The notes under the pieces were generated by a model that did not search any database, was not told the origin of the DNA, and saw only the letters and a program-made list of their open reading frames with translations. From Hyalangium minutum (GTDB lineage: Bacteria; Myxococcota; Myxococcia; Myxococcales; Myxococcaceae), in the NCBI RefSeq assembly GCF_000737315.1, contig NZ_JMCB01000006.1, forward strand, positions 764,001-1,012,000: 248,000 nt of DNA, written 5' to 3'. The position numbers and the translations under genes are program-made. Numbering within the stretch: the stretch's first letter is position 1; each line of letters begins with the position of its first letter. This document shows positions 94,182 to 103,445 of this stretch, piece after piece.

Positions 94182-95117
94182 CTATCCCTTCATGAGGTTC
94201 TTCACGACGAACCACAAGTTGGCAGGGCGCTCGGCGAGCCGTCGCATGAAGTACGGGTACCAGAACCGCCCGTACGGCACGTAGATGCGCACCGGAAAGC
94301 CCGCCTTCGCCAGACGCACCTGCAAGTCCCGGCGGATGCCATACAGCATCTGAAACTCGAAGGCAGACTTCGGCAGCCGCTGTTTCGCCGCGTGGTCCAG
94401 CGTGGCGTCGATCATCCGCTCATCGTGCGTGGCGATACCGTGGTACACGCCGCTGTCGAGCAGCACGCGCATCACCCGGACGAAGTGGGCGTCCACGTCC
94501 TTCTTGTCCTGGTACGCCACCTCCGGGCCCTCCAGGTACGCGCCCTTGCACAGGCGGATGCGCACGCGCTCGGCGCACAGGGCCCGTGCGTCCGTCTCCG
94601 TGCGCCGCAGGTAGCTCTGCAGCACCGCGCCCACCCGCTCCTCCCCGAATTCGGAGTGAAGCTGGCGCACCGTGTCGAGCGTGGCCTGTGTCACCGCGCT
94701 CTGCTCCATGTCCACCCGCACGAAGGAGCCGCGCGCCGCCGCCTCCTTGACGATGGTCCGGGCGTTCTTCAGCGCCAGCGCCGGGTCGAACAGCAGCCCG
94801 CACTGCGTCAGCTTCAGAGACACATTGGCCTTCACCTCGAGGGCGTCCACGCGCGCCAGGAGCCGGCGGTACTCGCGCACCTCCTCCTGGGTCTCCGCCT
94901 CGTTGCGCACCGCTTCATTGAGGTGGTCGAAGCTGGCCATCAGCCCCTGGGCGTTGAGCTCCTTCACCGCCTCCACGGCCTCTTCCAGCGTCTCCCCGGC
95001 GATGAAGCGGCGGGCCAGCTCGCGCAGGGGACCGACACGTGTAGCGACCTCTTTCAAGCCGTCGCGGCGAGAGAGGAACAGCAGGGCAGAGCGGGACAGA
95101 GTCGTGGCAGCAGTCAT
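94182..95117 (-). CDS. Proline dehydrogenase (monofunctional)
   Basis: RFIAGE, VDME, RLCKGAY, ATHD, YFMRRLAERP. Confidence 0.93.
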   Translation of the reverse strand: MTAATTLSRSALLFLSRRDGLKEVATRVGPLRELARRFIAGETLEEAVEAVKELNAQGLMASFDHLNEAVRNEAETQEEVREYRRLLARVDALEVKANVSLKLTQCGLLFDPALALKNARTIVKEAAARGSFVRVDMEQSAVTQATLDTVRQLHSEFGEERVGAVLQSYLRRTETDARALCAERVRIRLCKGAYLEGPEVAYQDKKDVDAHFVRVMRVLLDSGVYHGIATHDERMIDATLDHAAKQRLPKSAFEFQMLYGIRRDLQVRLAKAGFPVRIYVPYGRFWYPYFMRRLAERPANLWFVVKNLMKG

Positions 95118-95145
95118 GTTTGATAAATGAATCAGGCGTCAGGTC

Positions 95146-96006
95146 TCAGGACAGGTGTTGCAGCAGGAAGTCACCGGCAAAGGCATTGAAGGATTGCGCG
95201 TGGCTCATGTACGGCAGGTGGCTGGCCTTGCGGAGCACCTCCAGCCGAGCGCCGGGGATGCGGCGGGCCACGTCCCTCGCGTAGCGGAGCGGCACCAGGT
95301 GGTCTCTCGCGCCATGGATGAGCAGCGTGGGCACCTTCACCTGCTCCAGCGCGCCCAGGAAGTCCGCGTCCAGCACGTCCCGCAGCCGGCGCAGCAGCTC
95401 CATCGGAGAGATGCGGCGCGCCTCGCGGACGATCTCCGCGCGGCCCTCGGGGGGCAGCTCTCTGCCTCCGAGCACCCGCGCCACCGTGGGCGCGAAGAGA
95501 TAGGCGAAGGGCTTGGGCATGCGCACCAGCGTGGAGAGGCTCAGCGCCCAGCGCCGCACGCGGTGCACGCTGGCCACCGGTGACACCAGGACCAGCGCCT
95601 TCACGCGCTCCGGGTAGGCCAGCGTGAACGCCAGGGCCACGAGGCTGCCAAAGGACGAGCCCAGCAGCGCGAAGCGCTCGGGCAGCCGCGCGTCCGGGTG
95701 CGCCAGCGACGCCACGTTCCACTGCAGCGGCGTGTGCGTCATCGGCGTGCGCAGCGTGGGCGTCCACAGCTGGAGCCGCAGCTCCTCGGCCAGCGGCGCC
95801 ATGGGCGCGAAGGAGCGTCCCGAGGCCCCCAGCCCTGGCAGGCACACCACGGTGCGCGAGACATCCTCACTGCCGCCCGGGAAGGTGAAGAGGCGCACCG
95901 GCGCCCCTCGCACCCTGCGCTCCTCGAGCGCGAGCTCATAGCCCGGCTGAATCTCTTCAGGCTCCGGGACGAACCGGGGCCGTGCGGAGCTCGTGGCCTC
96001 AAGCAT
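95146..96006 (-). CDS. Alpha/beta hydrolase
   Basis: GSSFG nucleophile motif, ASHLP. Confidence 0.85.
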   Translation of the reverse strand: MLEATSSARPRFVPEPEEIQPGYELALEERRVRGAPVRLFTFPGGSEDVSRTVVCLPGLGASGRSFAPMAPLAEELRLQLWTPTLRTPMTHTPLQWNVASLAHPDARLPERFALLGSSFGSLVALAFTLAYPERVKALVLVSPVASVHRVRRWALSLSTLVRMPKPFAYLFAPTVARVLGGRELPPEGRAEIVREARRISPMELLRRLRDVLDADFLGALEQVKVPTLLIHGARDHLVPLRYARDVARRIPGARLEVLRKASHLPYMSHAQSFNAFAGDFLLQHLS

Positions 96007-96721
96007 GACACGCTCGCAGCAAGAGCCTGCGCACGCTGGCGGCCACCAAGTCCCTGAAGTCCTGCAGGCGGTGCTCGGGCGCATTCTCGGGCGGCGGCTC
96101 GTGCGGCTCGCCCACCGCGAAGGTGATGCGCACCGGCAGCGGCAATGGCCCCAAGCCCATCACCACCGGCATGCGGTACTTCTCCTGCTCGGAGATGCGC
96201 ACGCACCAGCGCTCCTCGTCCGAGGGATAGAAGAAGGTGTCATCCACGCCAAAGCCCGCAAACGGGACGATGGGCACCCCGGCCCGCGCCGCCAGCCGCA
96301 CGAAGCCCAGCGTCCGCTCCCAGCGCAGCGTGTAGCGCCCCTCCGAGCGCTTGAAGGTCTCCCAGGCACCCCCGGGGTAGCAGACCACCAGGTGCCCCTG
96401 GCGCAGCGACTCGAGCGCATTCTCCCGCGTGCCCTCCACGCCGCCCAGCCAGGGCAGCACCGTGCGGATCAGCGGGATGCGGAAGAAGCCGCGCTCGGCC
96501 AGCCCCAGCGGATAGCGGCCCGTGGCCTGGTGGAGCAGATGGAAGAAGGCCGGCGTCTCGTAGCCCCAGACGCCATGGTTGCCCACCAGGAGGACCGGTC
96601 CCCGGGAAGGGAGGTGCTCGGCACCCAACAGCCGGGCGCGGTGGTAGAGGGCCGACGCCCTGGCGCCCACCTCGGCCAGACGGAACACAGCGCGACGCGC
96701 GGTGGTGAACAAGGTCTCCAC
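95999..96721 (-). CDS. Lysophospholipid acyltransferase family protein
   Basis: LVGNH, YPGG, GFVRLA. Confidence 0.85.
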   Translation of the reverse strand: METLFTTARRAVFRLAEVGARASALYHRARLLGAEHLPSRGPVLLVGNHGVWGYETPAFFHLLHQATGRYPLGLAERGFFRIPLIRTVLPWLGGVEGTRENALESLRQGHLVVCYPGGAWETFKRSEGRYTLRWERTLGFVRLAARAGVPIVPFAGFGVDDTFFYPSDEERWCVRISEQEKYRMPVVMGLGPLPLPVRITFAVGEPHEPPPENAPEHRLQDFRDLVAASVRRLLLRACHA

Positions 96722-96845
96722 GGGGAAGGAACATGGGGATGGAGGCTCAAGCTGGCAGCCCGTCCCTCCTTCGAATGAACCAGGCAGCCGGCCGGGCCCT
96801 CCTCTCCCGGCCCCCGGCGCCTTCAAGTTGTCCCCCAAGACAGGG

Positions 96846-97361
96846 ATGCCGATGGTTGCCCTCATGGGACCCTTCGACATCCTCACGGAGCAACACCGGG
96901 AGCTGGAGGAGCGCCTCTCGGCGCTCGACGCCGAGATGGATTCAGGCGAGGCCGAGACCCAAAGAGAGCGCTTTCAAGCCCTGGCGGACGCGCTCCGGGT
97001 ACACGCGCGGTTGGAGGAGCGCTACCTCTATCCTGTGATGGCCCGGGTCGAGGGCCGTGTCCGGGCCCGCGAGGAGGCCGAGGATCATCTGACCCTGCGC
97101 GAGCTCATCGAAGAGCTCGAGGAGCTCTCTCCGGGAGAGGACGAGTGGTGGGCTCGCTTCACCGCGCTGGAAGATTTGCTCGTGGCCCATGTTCAGGAAG
97201 AAGAGGCGGAGATCTTCCCCCGCCTCACCTCCGCTCTGGATCAGGAGGAGCAGACCGAACTGAGTCACTCCTTTCTCATGTTGAGAGAGGAACTCGCCCT
97301 CAGTCCGAGGACCGTGTCGGGCAGCGAGCGATTGTTCGAAGAGCCGCGATGGGACAGCTAG
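96846..97361 (+). CDS. Hemerythrin domain protein
   Basis: LTEQH, HARLEE, EDH, HVQEEE. Confidence 0.85.
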   Translation: MPMVALMGPFDILTEQHRELEERLSALDAEMDSGEAETQRERFQALADALRVHARLEERYLYPVMARVEGRVRAREEAEDHLTLRELIEELEELSPGEDEWWARFTALEDLLVAHVQEEEAEIFPRLTSALDQEEQTELSHSFLMLREELALSPRTVSGSERLFEEPRWDS

Positions 97362-97496
97362 CATCGCGAAACAAAATTTTTGTAAAGAGAATCGACAATC
97401 TCTCTCTTGAGAAGTATTGAGGGCTTTCCCAAGCGTCCCCACGCTTGATTCAAGCATCACGCACACATTTCCACATATCAGAGAGGTACCCCTAGA

Positions 97497-98003
97497 ATGT
97501 CTGTCGACAAAGCGTTTCGCGAGATGATTCGCAATGAGATCGAGGTCCAGCTCAAGCCGCTGCGCGCAGTGATTTCGCGGATCGAGGCGGGGACAGCGGA
97601 TCTGGAGTCCCTGCGCAGCGTGGCGGAGCGGCTGGCCCCGGTGGCGGCGGCCATGGCGCCGCTGTTTGGCGCGCAGGTCGCGAAGCCTGGCAAGCGTGGC
97701 CCTGGGCGTCCGGCGAAGGTCGCCGCCCCCGCCCCCGTCGTGACGGGTGGCAAGCGCCGGGGCCGCAAGCCCTCGGCCGGTGGCGCCAGTGAGTGCGCTA
97801 TCATTGGTTGTGGTTCGCCCAGCCGCACCAAGGGCTATTGCGCGGCGCACTACCAGAAGCTGCGCATGCTGACGAAGACGAACCGCCGTCCGGACAGCTG
97901 GGTGGACTACGCCAAGCCCAACAGCGTCGAGGATCTGAAGCTGCCTCGCGGCCGTGCCGCTGCCAAGGCGCTGGCTCAGGCCAAAGAGGGCAGCTCTACC
98001 TGA
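97497..98003 (+). CDS. Basic protein with AT-hook-like motifs and C-x4-C..C-x2-H finger
   Basis: KRGPGRP, RRGRKP, CAIIGC..KGYCAAHYQK; paralog at 161350. Confidence 0.75.
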   Translation: MSVDKAFREMIRNEIEVQLKPLRAVISRIEAGTADLESLRSVAERLAPVAAAMAPLFGAQVAKPGKRGPGRPAKVAAPAPVVTGGKRRGRKPSAGGASECAIIGCGSPSRTKGYCAAHYQKLRMLTKTNRRPDSWVDYAKPNSVEDLKLPRGRAAAKALAQAKEGSST

Positions 98004-98169
98004 TACGTCTGTCGTAAGACATGAAACGTTGAGACAGTCCGTTTCTGGACTCAACCTCACCTCCGGCCCGGGGTGAGAGGTCCGGGACTGGGGGGCTTGT
98101 CTCAAGGTTTTCCAAGGCCGGGGATGCCACGGGGGAATACTCCGAGGCCCCCGGCCTTCGTGTTATGCC

Positions 98170-99042
98170 TTGCCCATGAGCAAGCGTGACATGGAGCCAG
98201 GCATCCTCACCGAGCTGGCGGGCCATACCACTTATGGAGAGTACCTGCAGCTGGACCGGGTGCTGGCCGCCCAGGTGCCGCGCTCCCAGCCGCCTCACCA
98301 TGATGAGATGCTCTTCATCATCCAGCATCAGACGAGCGAGCTGTGGATGAAGCTGCTCATCCATGAGCTGACGGCCTGCATCCGCTATGTGCAGTCGGAC
98401 AAGCTGGAGCCCTCGTTCAAGATTTTCGCGCGCGTGGGCCACATCCAGCGCATGCTCTTCGAGCAGTGGAGCGTGCTGGAGACGCTCACGCCCAATGAGT
98501 ACCTGGAGTTCCGTGGCGCGCTGGGCGCGGCCTCGGGCTTCCAGAGCTTCCAGTACCACGCGGTGGAGATGCTGCTGGGCATGAAGGAGGCCAAGGTGCT
98601 GGGCCCCTTCAAGCACGTGCCCACCCAGTACGCGGAGCTGGAGCGGCTCTTGGAGTCTCCCAGCCTGTATGACGAGTTCCTCCGCCACCTGGCCCGCATG
98701 GGCCACCCCATCCCCGCGGACCACGCGCAGCGCGACTGGCGCCTGCCCTACGAGAAGAGCGAGGCGGTGGTGGAGGTGTTCCGCCGCATCTACGAGGACA
98801 CCGAGAAGCACTGGGATGCGTATGAGATGTGCGAGAAGCTGGTGGACACCGAGGAGCGCTTTCAGCTCTGGCGCTACCGCCACATGATGACGGTGATGCG
98901 CATCATCGGCTTCAAGCACGGCACGGGCGGCTCCTCGGGCGTGCCCTTCCTGCGCCGGGCCCTGGAGACGCGCTTCTTCCCGGAGCTGTGGGATGTGCGC
99001 ACCGAGCTGTCGCCCCACCATCCCCGGCGGCCCCACAGCTAA
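98170..99042 (+). CDS. kynA: Tryptophan 2,3-dioxygenase
   Basis: HDEMLFIIQHQTSELW, SGFQS, GTGGSSG. Confidence 0.95.
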   Translation: MPMSKRDMEPGILTELAGHTTYGEYLQLDRVLAAQVPRSQPPHHDEMLFIIQHQTSELWMKLLIHELTACIRYVQSDKLEPSFKIFARVGHIQRMLFEQWSVLETLTPNEYLEFRGALGAASGFQSFQYHAVEMLLGMKEAKVLGPFKHVPTQYAELERLLESPSLYDEFLRHLARMGHPIPADHAQRDWRLPYEKSEAVVEVFRRIYEDTEKHWDAYEMCEKLVDTEERFQLWRYRHMMTVMRIIGFKHGTGGSSGVPFLRRALETRFFPELWDVRTELSPHHPRRPHS

Positions 99043-99102
99043 GACAGACACCCCTTCATGGTGAGTAGGGTTGCAGGCGCCCTACCCTGCAAGCGTTTGG
99101 AT

Positions 99103-100212
99103 ATGTCCCTGATCCTCGAGAAGGCCACCGCGCTGTGCTACCGCCTGTATGACATCGCGGACGAGATAGACTTGGAGAAGGCTCGCCGGGTGCTCGCCCA
99201 GGATGCGCGGCGCCTGAAGCTCTCGCGCGAGAACAGCCAGTTCATCCAGCTGCCCAACCCTCCCGTGGCCTATGAGCTGGGCCGGCGCGTGCTCGCCCTG
99301 CGCGGCGGACCCGTCACGGTGGATGCCACCGCGCGTCTGTTCGACCATGGCGCCGTCTCCATCATCCTCGCCGTCCCCATCCCCGAGGGCACCACCTTCC
99401 CGCAGCTCACCGGCCTGGCCGACGAGTTCTATGACAGCCAGGCGGTGGAGGCGCTCACCGGCGAGCTGCTCGAGGGTGTGCGCAAGACGATTGCCCCCGC
99501 CGTCCGCGAGCGGAGCGTCTGGGACCAGAACGAGAGCTACACCGTCCTCTTCGTCGAGCGCATCCGCGGCAATCCCTCCGCCGATGAGATTTTCGCGGGC
99601 GCGGAGCTGGCCCGCTTGCTGCTGGGTGAGGTGGACTCCAAGCCCCTGTCCCGCGGCGAGAGCGAGGCCATTGCCCAGTACCGCTTCAGCTACTCGGCCG
99701 AGGACCTGGTCGTCATCGACTGGAACAGCGCCTTTGTTTATGAGCCCTCGGGCTCGCGCGACATTCCAGACCTGCTCGAGATCGCCAACGCGCAGCTCCT
99801 GGAGTTCCGCTTTTACGACGAGGTGCTGGATGGGCACATCGCCCGCATTCACGACGAGGTGCAGGCCCGGAAGCATGGCCTGCTCTCGCTCTTCCGCAGC
99901 CCGTACCGGGACTTGGTGCGCGACGCGCTCTCCACCCTGGTGGATCTCAACGAGTTCATCGAGCGGGTGGAGAACAGCCTGAAGATCATTGGAGATTTCT
100001 ACCTGGCCAAGGTCTACGAGGCGTCGGTGAGGAGGCTGCGCATCCCCGCCTGGCAGGCCTCTGTTACCCGCAAGCACCACCTGCTGGAGCAGACGTATGG
100101 GCTGCTCAAGGGGGAGGTGGACACGGCGCGCTCCCTCACGCTGGAGACGACCATTGTCGCACTCATCGTTTTAGAAATTGCCTTGGCATTTCTGAGGGTT
100201 TTCGAGCACTGA
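99103..100212 (+). CDS. RMD1/DUF155-like membrane-anchored protein
   Basis: ANAQLLEFRFYD, C-terminal TM helix. Confidence 0.6.
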   Translation: MSLILEKATALCYRLYDIADEIDLEKARRVLAQDARRLKLSRENSQFIQLPNPPVAYELGRRVLALRGGPVTVDATARLFDHGAVSIILAVPIPEGTTFPQLTGLADEFYDSQAVEALTGELLEGVRKTIAPAVRERSVWDQNESYTVLFVERIRGNPSADEIFAGAELARLLLGEVDSKPLSRGESEAIAQYRFSYSAEDLVVIDWNSAFVYEPSGSRDIPDLLEIANAQLLEFRFYDEVLDGHIARIHDEVQARKHGLLSLFRSPYRDLVRDALSTLVDLNEFIERVENSLKIIGDFYLAKVYEASVRRLRIPAWQASVTRKHHLLEQTYGLLKGEVDTARSLTLETTIVALIVLEIALAFLRVFEH

Positions 100213-100343
100213 GGCCTGAACTTCCGGCCAGCGCTTCCATTTATCAGTCAACGCCTCACCAGAAGGACTCGGCAAGTTGGGGCGTCTCATGAAAGACTCT
100301 CAGCCAGCGGGGTTTATGAGAACCCGGCTGGGGGGGGAGTCCC

Positions 100344-103244
100344 ATGTTCATGCCCGAGGGCGACCTCGCGGCGGCCGCGGAAGGTGTGGCGCGAGCGCTG
100401 GAGTTGCTCGTGTCGGCGCCCTCCGTGCGGGCGGTGTTCGAAGAGGTGGGCCGCTGGACCGCGAGGGTCCTGGCGGCGGATCACTGTTCGATCAGCTGGA
100501 AGAGCCCGGACGGCACGCTCCACACCTTTGCTACGGCCGGGCTGTCCGAAGAGGCGGCCAGCGCGTATGCGGCGCTGTGGATGGGCGCCATCCAGGCAGT
100601 GCCGGGTGTTGCTCAGCCCCGCCTTGTCGAGGACCTGGGAGCCGATGCACTGCTGGAAGGCGAGCCCTCCCTGCGTGAGCGGTTGGGCATGCGGTCCCTG
100701 GTGGCGCTCCCGCTGGCCGTCCCGGAGGGCACGCGCCTGGGGGCGCTCGTGGCCTGGTTCCAGGCCGTACATGTCCCCTCCCCGCCTGCGTTACGCAGCG
100801 CGGGCCTCTGCGCGACGCTGGTCAGCCTGGTGCTGGAGCGGGAACATCTGCGGGAAGAGGTGCGCCGCTCTGAGCAGGCCCGCGCCAAGGCGGAGCGGGC
100901 CGAGGGGCTCCGCCTCAGCCGCTTCCAGGCGGTGACGGAGGGCTTCGGCCGCGCCCTCACTCGCAACGAGGTGGCGCGGGTGGTGCTGGACCTGGGGATT
101001 CCCGCCCTGGGAGCGATGACGGGGCTGGTGCACCTGGTGCAGCCGGATGGGCAGGGCGTGGAGCTCGCCGCGTCGGTGGGCGTGGCGCCCGAGGTGGAGG
101101 CAGCGCTCCGCCTGCTGCCGCGGCAGGGGAACATGCCCGGCTACGACGCGGCGCGCACCCGGCAGCCGGTGTGGCTGGAGTCCCGCGAGGCGCTTCATGC
101201 CCGCTATCCGGACATGGCCCTGGGCTTGGACTCAGCCGAGGCCTGTGCCTTCCTGCCGCTGCTGGTGGAGGGCAAGGTGCTGGGGGTGCTCGCCTTGGGG
101301 TTCGAGACGCCCCGGCGGTTCACCGAGCCGGAGCAGACCTCCATGCTCGGGCTGGCGCGCCAGTGCGGGCTGGCCCTGGAGCGCTCCCTGCTCTACGAGC
101401 GCGAGCACGCGGCGCGGCTCCAGGCGGAGGCGGCCGGGCTGCGGATGCGCCTGCTGGCGGACGCCAGCGCGTTGCTGTCCCGCTCGATCGAGTGGAAGGA
101501 GACCGTGAATGGCGTGGCGCGGCTGGCGCTGGGCATCTTCGCGGACTGGTGCTCGGTGGACGTGTCCGCGGAGGGCAGCCAGGCACGCCAGGTCACCCTG
101601 CTGCACGCGGATCCGGCCCGGGCCTCGCTGACCCAGGAGCTCTCGCGCTACCGGCTTGACCTCACCCACTTCTCCTCGATTGAAGCGGTGCTGCGCACGG
101701 GCCGCTCCTATCTGGAGCCTCAGCTCACGCCAGAGCGGCTGGCCAAGCTCACGGGCAACTCCCGCTCCCTGCAGCTCCTCAAGGAGCTGGGGGCGCAGTC
101801 CTTCATCACCGCGCCCCTGGTGGCCCGGGGGCGCACCCTGGGCGCCGTCTCCTTCATCCGCGGCGCGGGCAAGCCGCCCTATGGCCCGGAGGACCAGGCG
101901 CTGGCCGAGGAGCTGGCGAGCCGGGCCGCGCTCGCCATGGACAACGCGCGGCTCTTCGAGCAGCGCCGCGAGGCCGAGGAGGAGAGCCGGCAGAGCGCCG
102001 CGCGCCTGCACCTGCTGGTGCAGGTGAGCCAGCTGGTGGCCGAGGCGGGGTTGGATCTCGAGCAGGTGGTGGATGTGCTGGTCCGCGCGGTGACGCGAGA
102101 GCTGGGCGACTGCTGTCTGCTCCAGCTCGTCTCCGAGGATGGGCAGTACCTGGAGCTGGCCGCCGTGCACCACCCGGACGCCATGGTGCGCGAGCTGCTG
102201 GAGGAGGTGGTGCGCGTGCGCCGGCTGCGCGTGGGCGAGGGGCTCCAGGGCGCCGCCGTCTCCACCGGGCAGACGCTCTTCCTGGGCGCCATGAGCGCCG
102301 CGGCGCTCGAGGGCGTGGGGCCCGAGGCCGCGATGCGCCCCTACTTCGTGCGCCGGGGGCCGCAGGACCTCATCGCCGTGCCGCTGGTGGCTCGGGGGAA
102401 CGCGTGTGGGTGCCTCCTGGTGCTGCGCGACGCACGCGGGCAGCCCTACGGACAGGATGATCAAGTGCTGCTGGAGAGCATCGCCGGCCGCGCGGCGCTG
102501 GCCATCGAGGATGCGCGGCTCTACTCGGCGGCGCTCGACTCCCTGCGGCTGCGCGACGACTTCCTCTCCGTGGCGGGCCACGAGCTGAAGAACCCGCTCA
102601 ACGCGCTCCAGCTCCAGCTGCGCGTGCTGGCGCGCAAGGCCCGCGAGGCGCGGCTCTCGGACAGCCTGGCCGAGCGCGCCGAGCGCGTGGCCCGCACCGG
102701 CGAGCGCCTGGGCGTGCTCATTGAAGACTTGCTGGATGTGTCACGCATCACCGCCGGACAGCTTCAGCTGCAGCTGGGCGAGGTGGACTTGTCGGCGCTG
102801 GCCTCCGAGGGCGTCTCGCGCATGTCCGAGGAGTTCGTCCGGGCCGGCTGCGAGGTGCGCGTCGAGGCGGGCCAGCCGGTGGTGGGGCGCTGGGACCGGC
102901 TGCGGCTGGAGCAGGTGGTGACGAACCTGCTGTCCAACGCCATCAAGTACGGCCGCAGCAAGCCGGTGCTCGTGCGCGTGGAGGTGGCACCCGGGGCGGC
103001 CCGGCTGTCCGTCACGGACCAGGGCTACGGCATCGCCCCCGAGGAGCAGGTCCGCATCTTCCAGCGCTTCCAGCGCGCCGAGGCCACGCGCCACATCCAG
103101 GGCCTGGGCCTGGGCCTGTGGATCTGCCGGCAGATCGCCGAGTCCCACGGGGGCACGCTGCGAGTGGTGAGCGAGCCTGGAAAGGGCTCCACCTTCATCC
103201 TGGAGCTGCCTCGCCCCGAGCCCGGGGTTCCCTCCAACTCCTAG
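100344..103244 (+). CDS. Multi-GAF histidine kinase
   Basis: GAF repeats, GHELKNPL, NAIKY, GLGLGL. Confidence 0.9.
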   Translation: MFMPEGDLAAAAEGVARALELLVSAPSVRAVFEEVGRWTARVLAADHCSISWKSPDGTLHTFATAGLSEEAASAYAALWMGAIQAVPGVAQPRLVEDLGADALLEGEPSLRERLGMRSLVALPLAVPEGTRLGALVAWFQAVHVPSPPALRSAGLCATLVSLVLEREHLREEVRRSEQARAKAERAEGLRLSRFQAVTEGFGRALTRNEVARVVLDLGIPALGAMTGLVHLVQPDGQGVELAASVGVAPEVEAALRLLPRQGNMPGYDAARTRQPVWLESREALHARYPDMALGLDSAEACAFLPLLVEGKVLGVLALGFETPRRFTEPEQTSMLGLARQCGLALERSLLYEREHAARLQAEAAGLRMRLLADASALLSRSIEWKETVNGVARLALGIFADWCSVDVSAEGSQARQVTLLHADPARASLTQELSRYRLDLTHFSSIEAVLRTGRSYLEPQLTPERLAKLTGNSRSLQLLKELGAQSFITAPLVARGRTLGAVSFIRGAGKPPYGPEDQALAEELASRAALAMDNARLFEQRREAEEESRQSAARLHLLVQVSQLVAEAGLDLEQVVDVLVRAVTRELGDCCLLQLVSEDGQYLELAAVHHPDAMVRELLEEVVRVRRLRVGEGLQGAAVSTGQTLFLGAMSAAALEGVGPEAAMRPYFVRRGPQDLIAVPLVARGNACGCLLVLRDARGQPYGQDDQVLLESIAGRAALAIEDARLYSAALDSLRLRDDFLSVAGHELKNPLNALQLQLRVLARKAREARLSDSLAERAERVARTGERLGVLIEDLLDVSRITAGQLQLQLGEVDLSALASEGVSRMSEEFVRAGCEVRVEAGQPVVGRWDRLRLEQVVTNLLSNAIKYGRSKPVLVRVEVAPGAARLSVTDQGYGIAPEEQVRIFQRFQRAEATRHIQGLGLGLWICRQIAESHGGTLRVVSEPGKGSTFILELPRPEPGVPSNS

Positions 103245-103445
103245 CCTCCGGCACGGGGCACCTCCCCGAGGTCCCTTTTTTTCAGGACTCAACCCGGTGG
103301 GGTGGCGGGGTACGGCTGTACCCGGGGGGGCAACAAACATGGTTTTTCTCTGGACGTTTGATGAATCCTCGACTTGTGTGCGCGCGCTGGTATGGACCGG
103401 GGGCAGCTCTCCGGTGCGCCACAGTCCACCCCGATGGATGATCGA

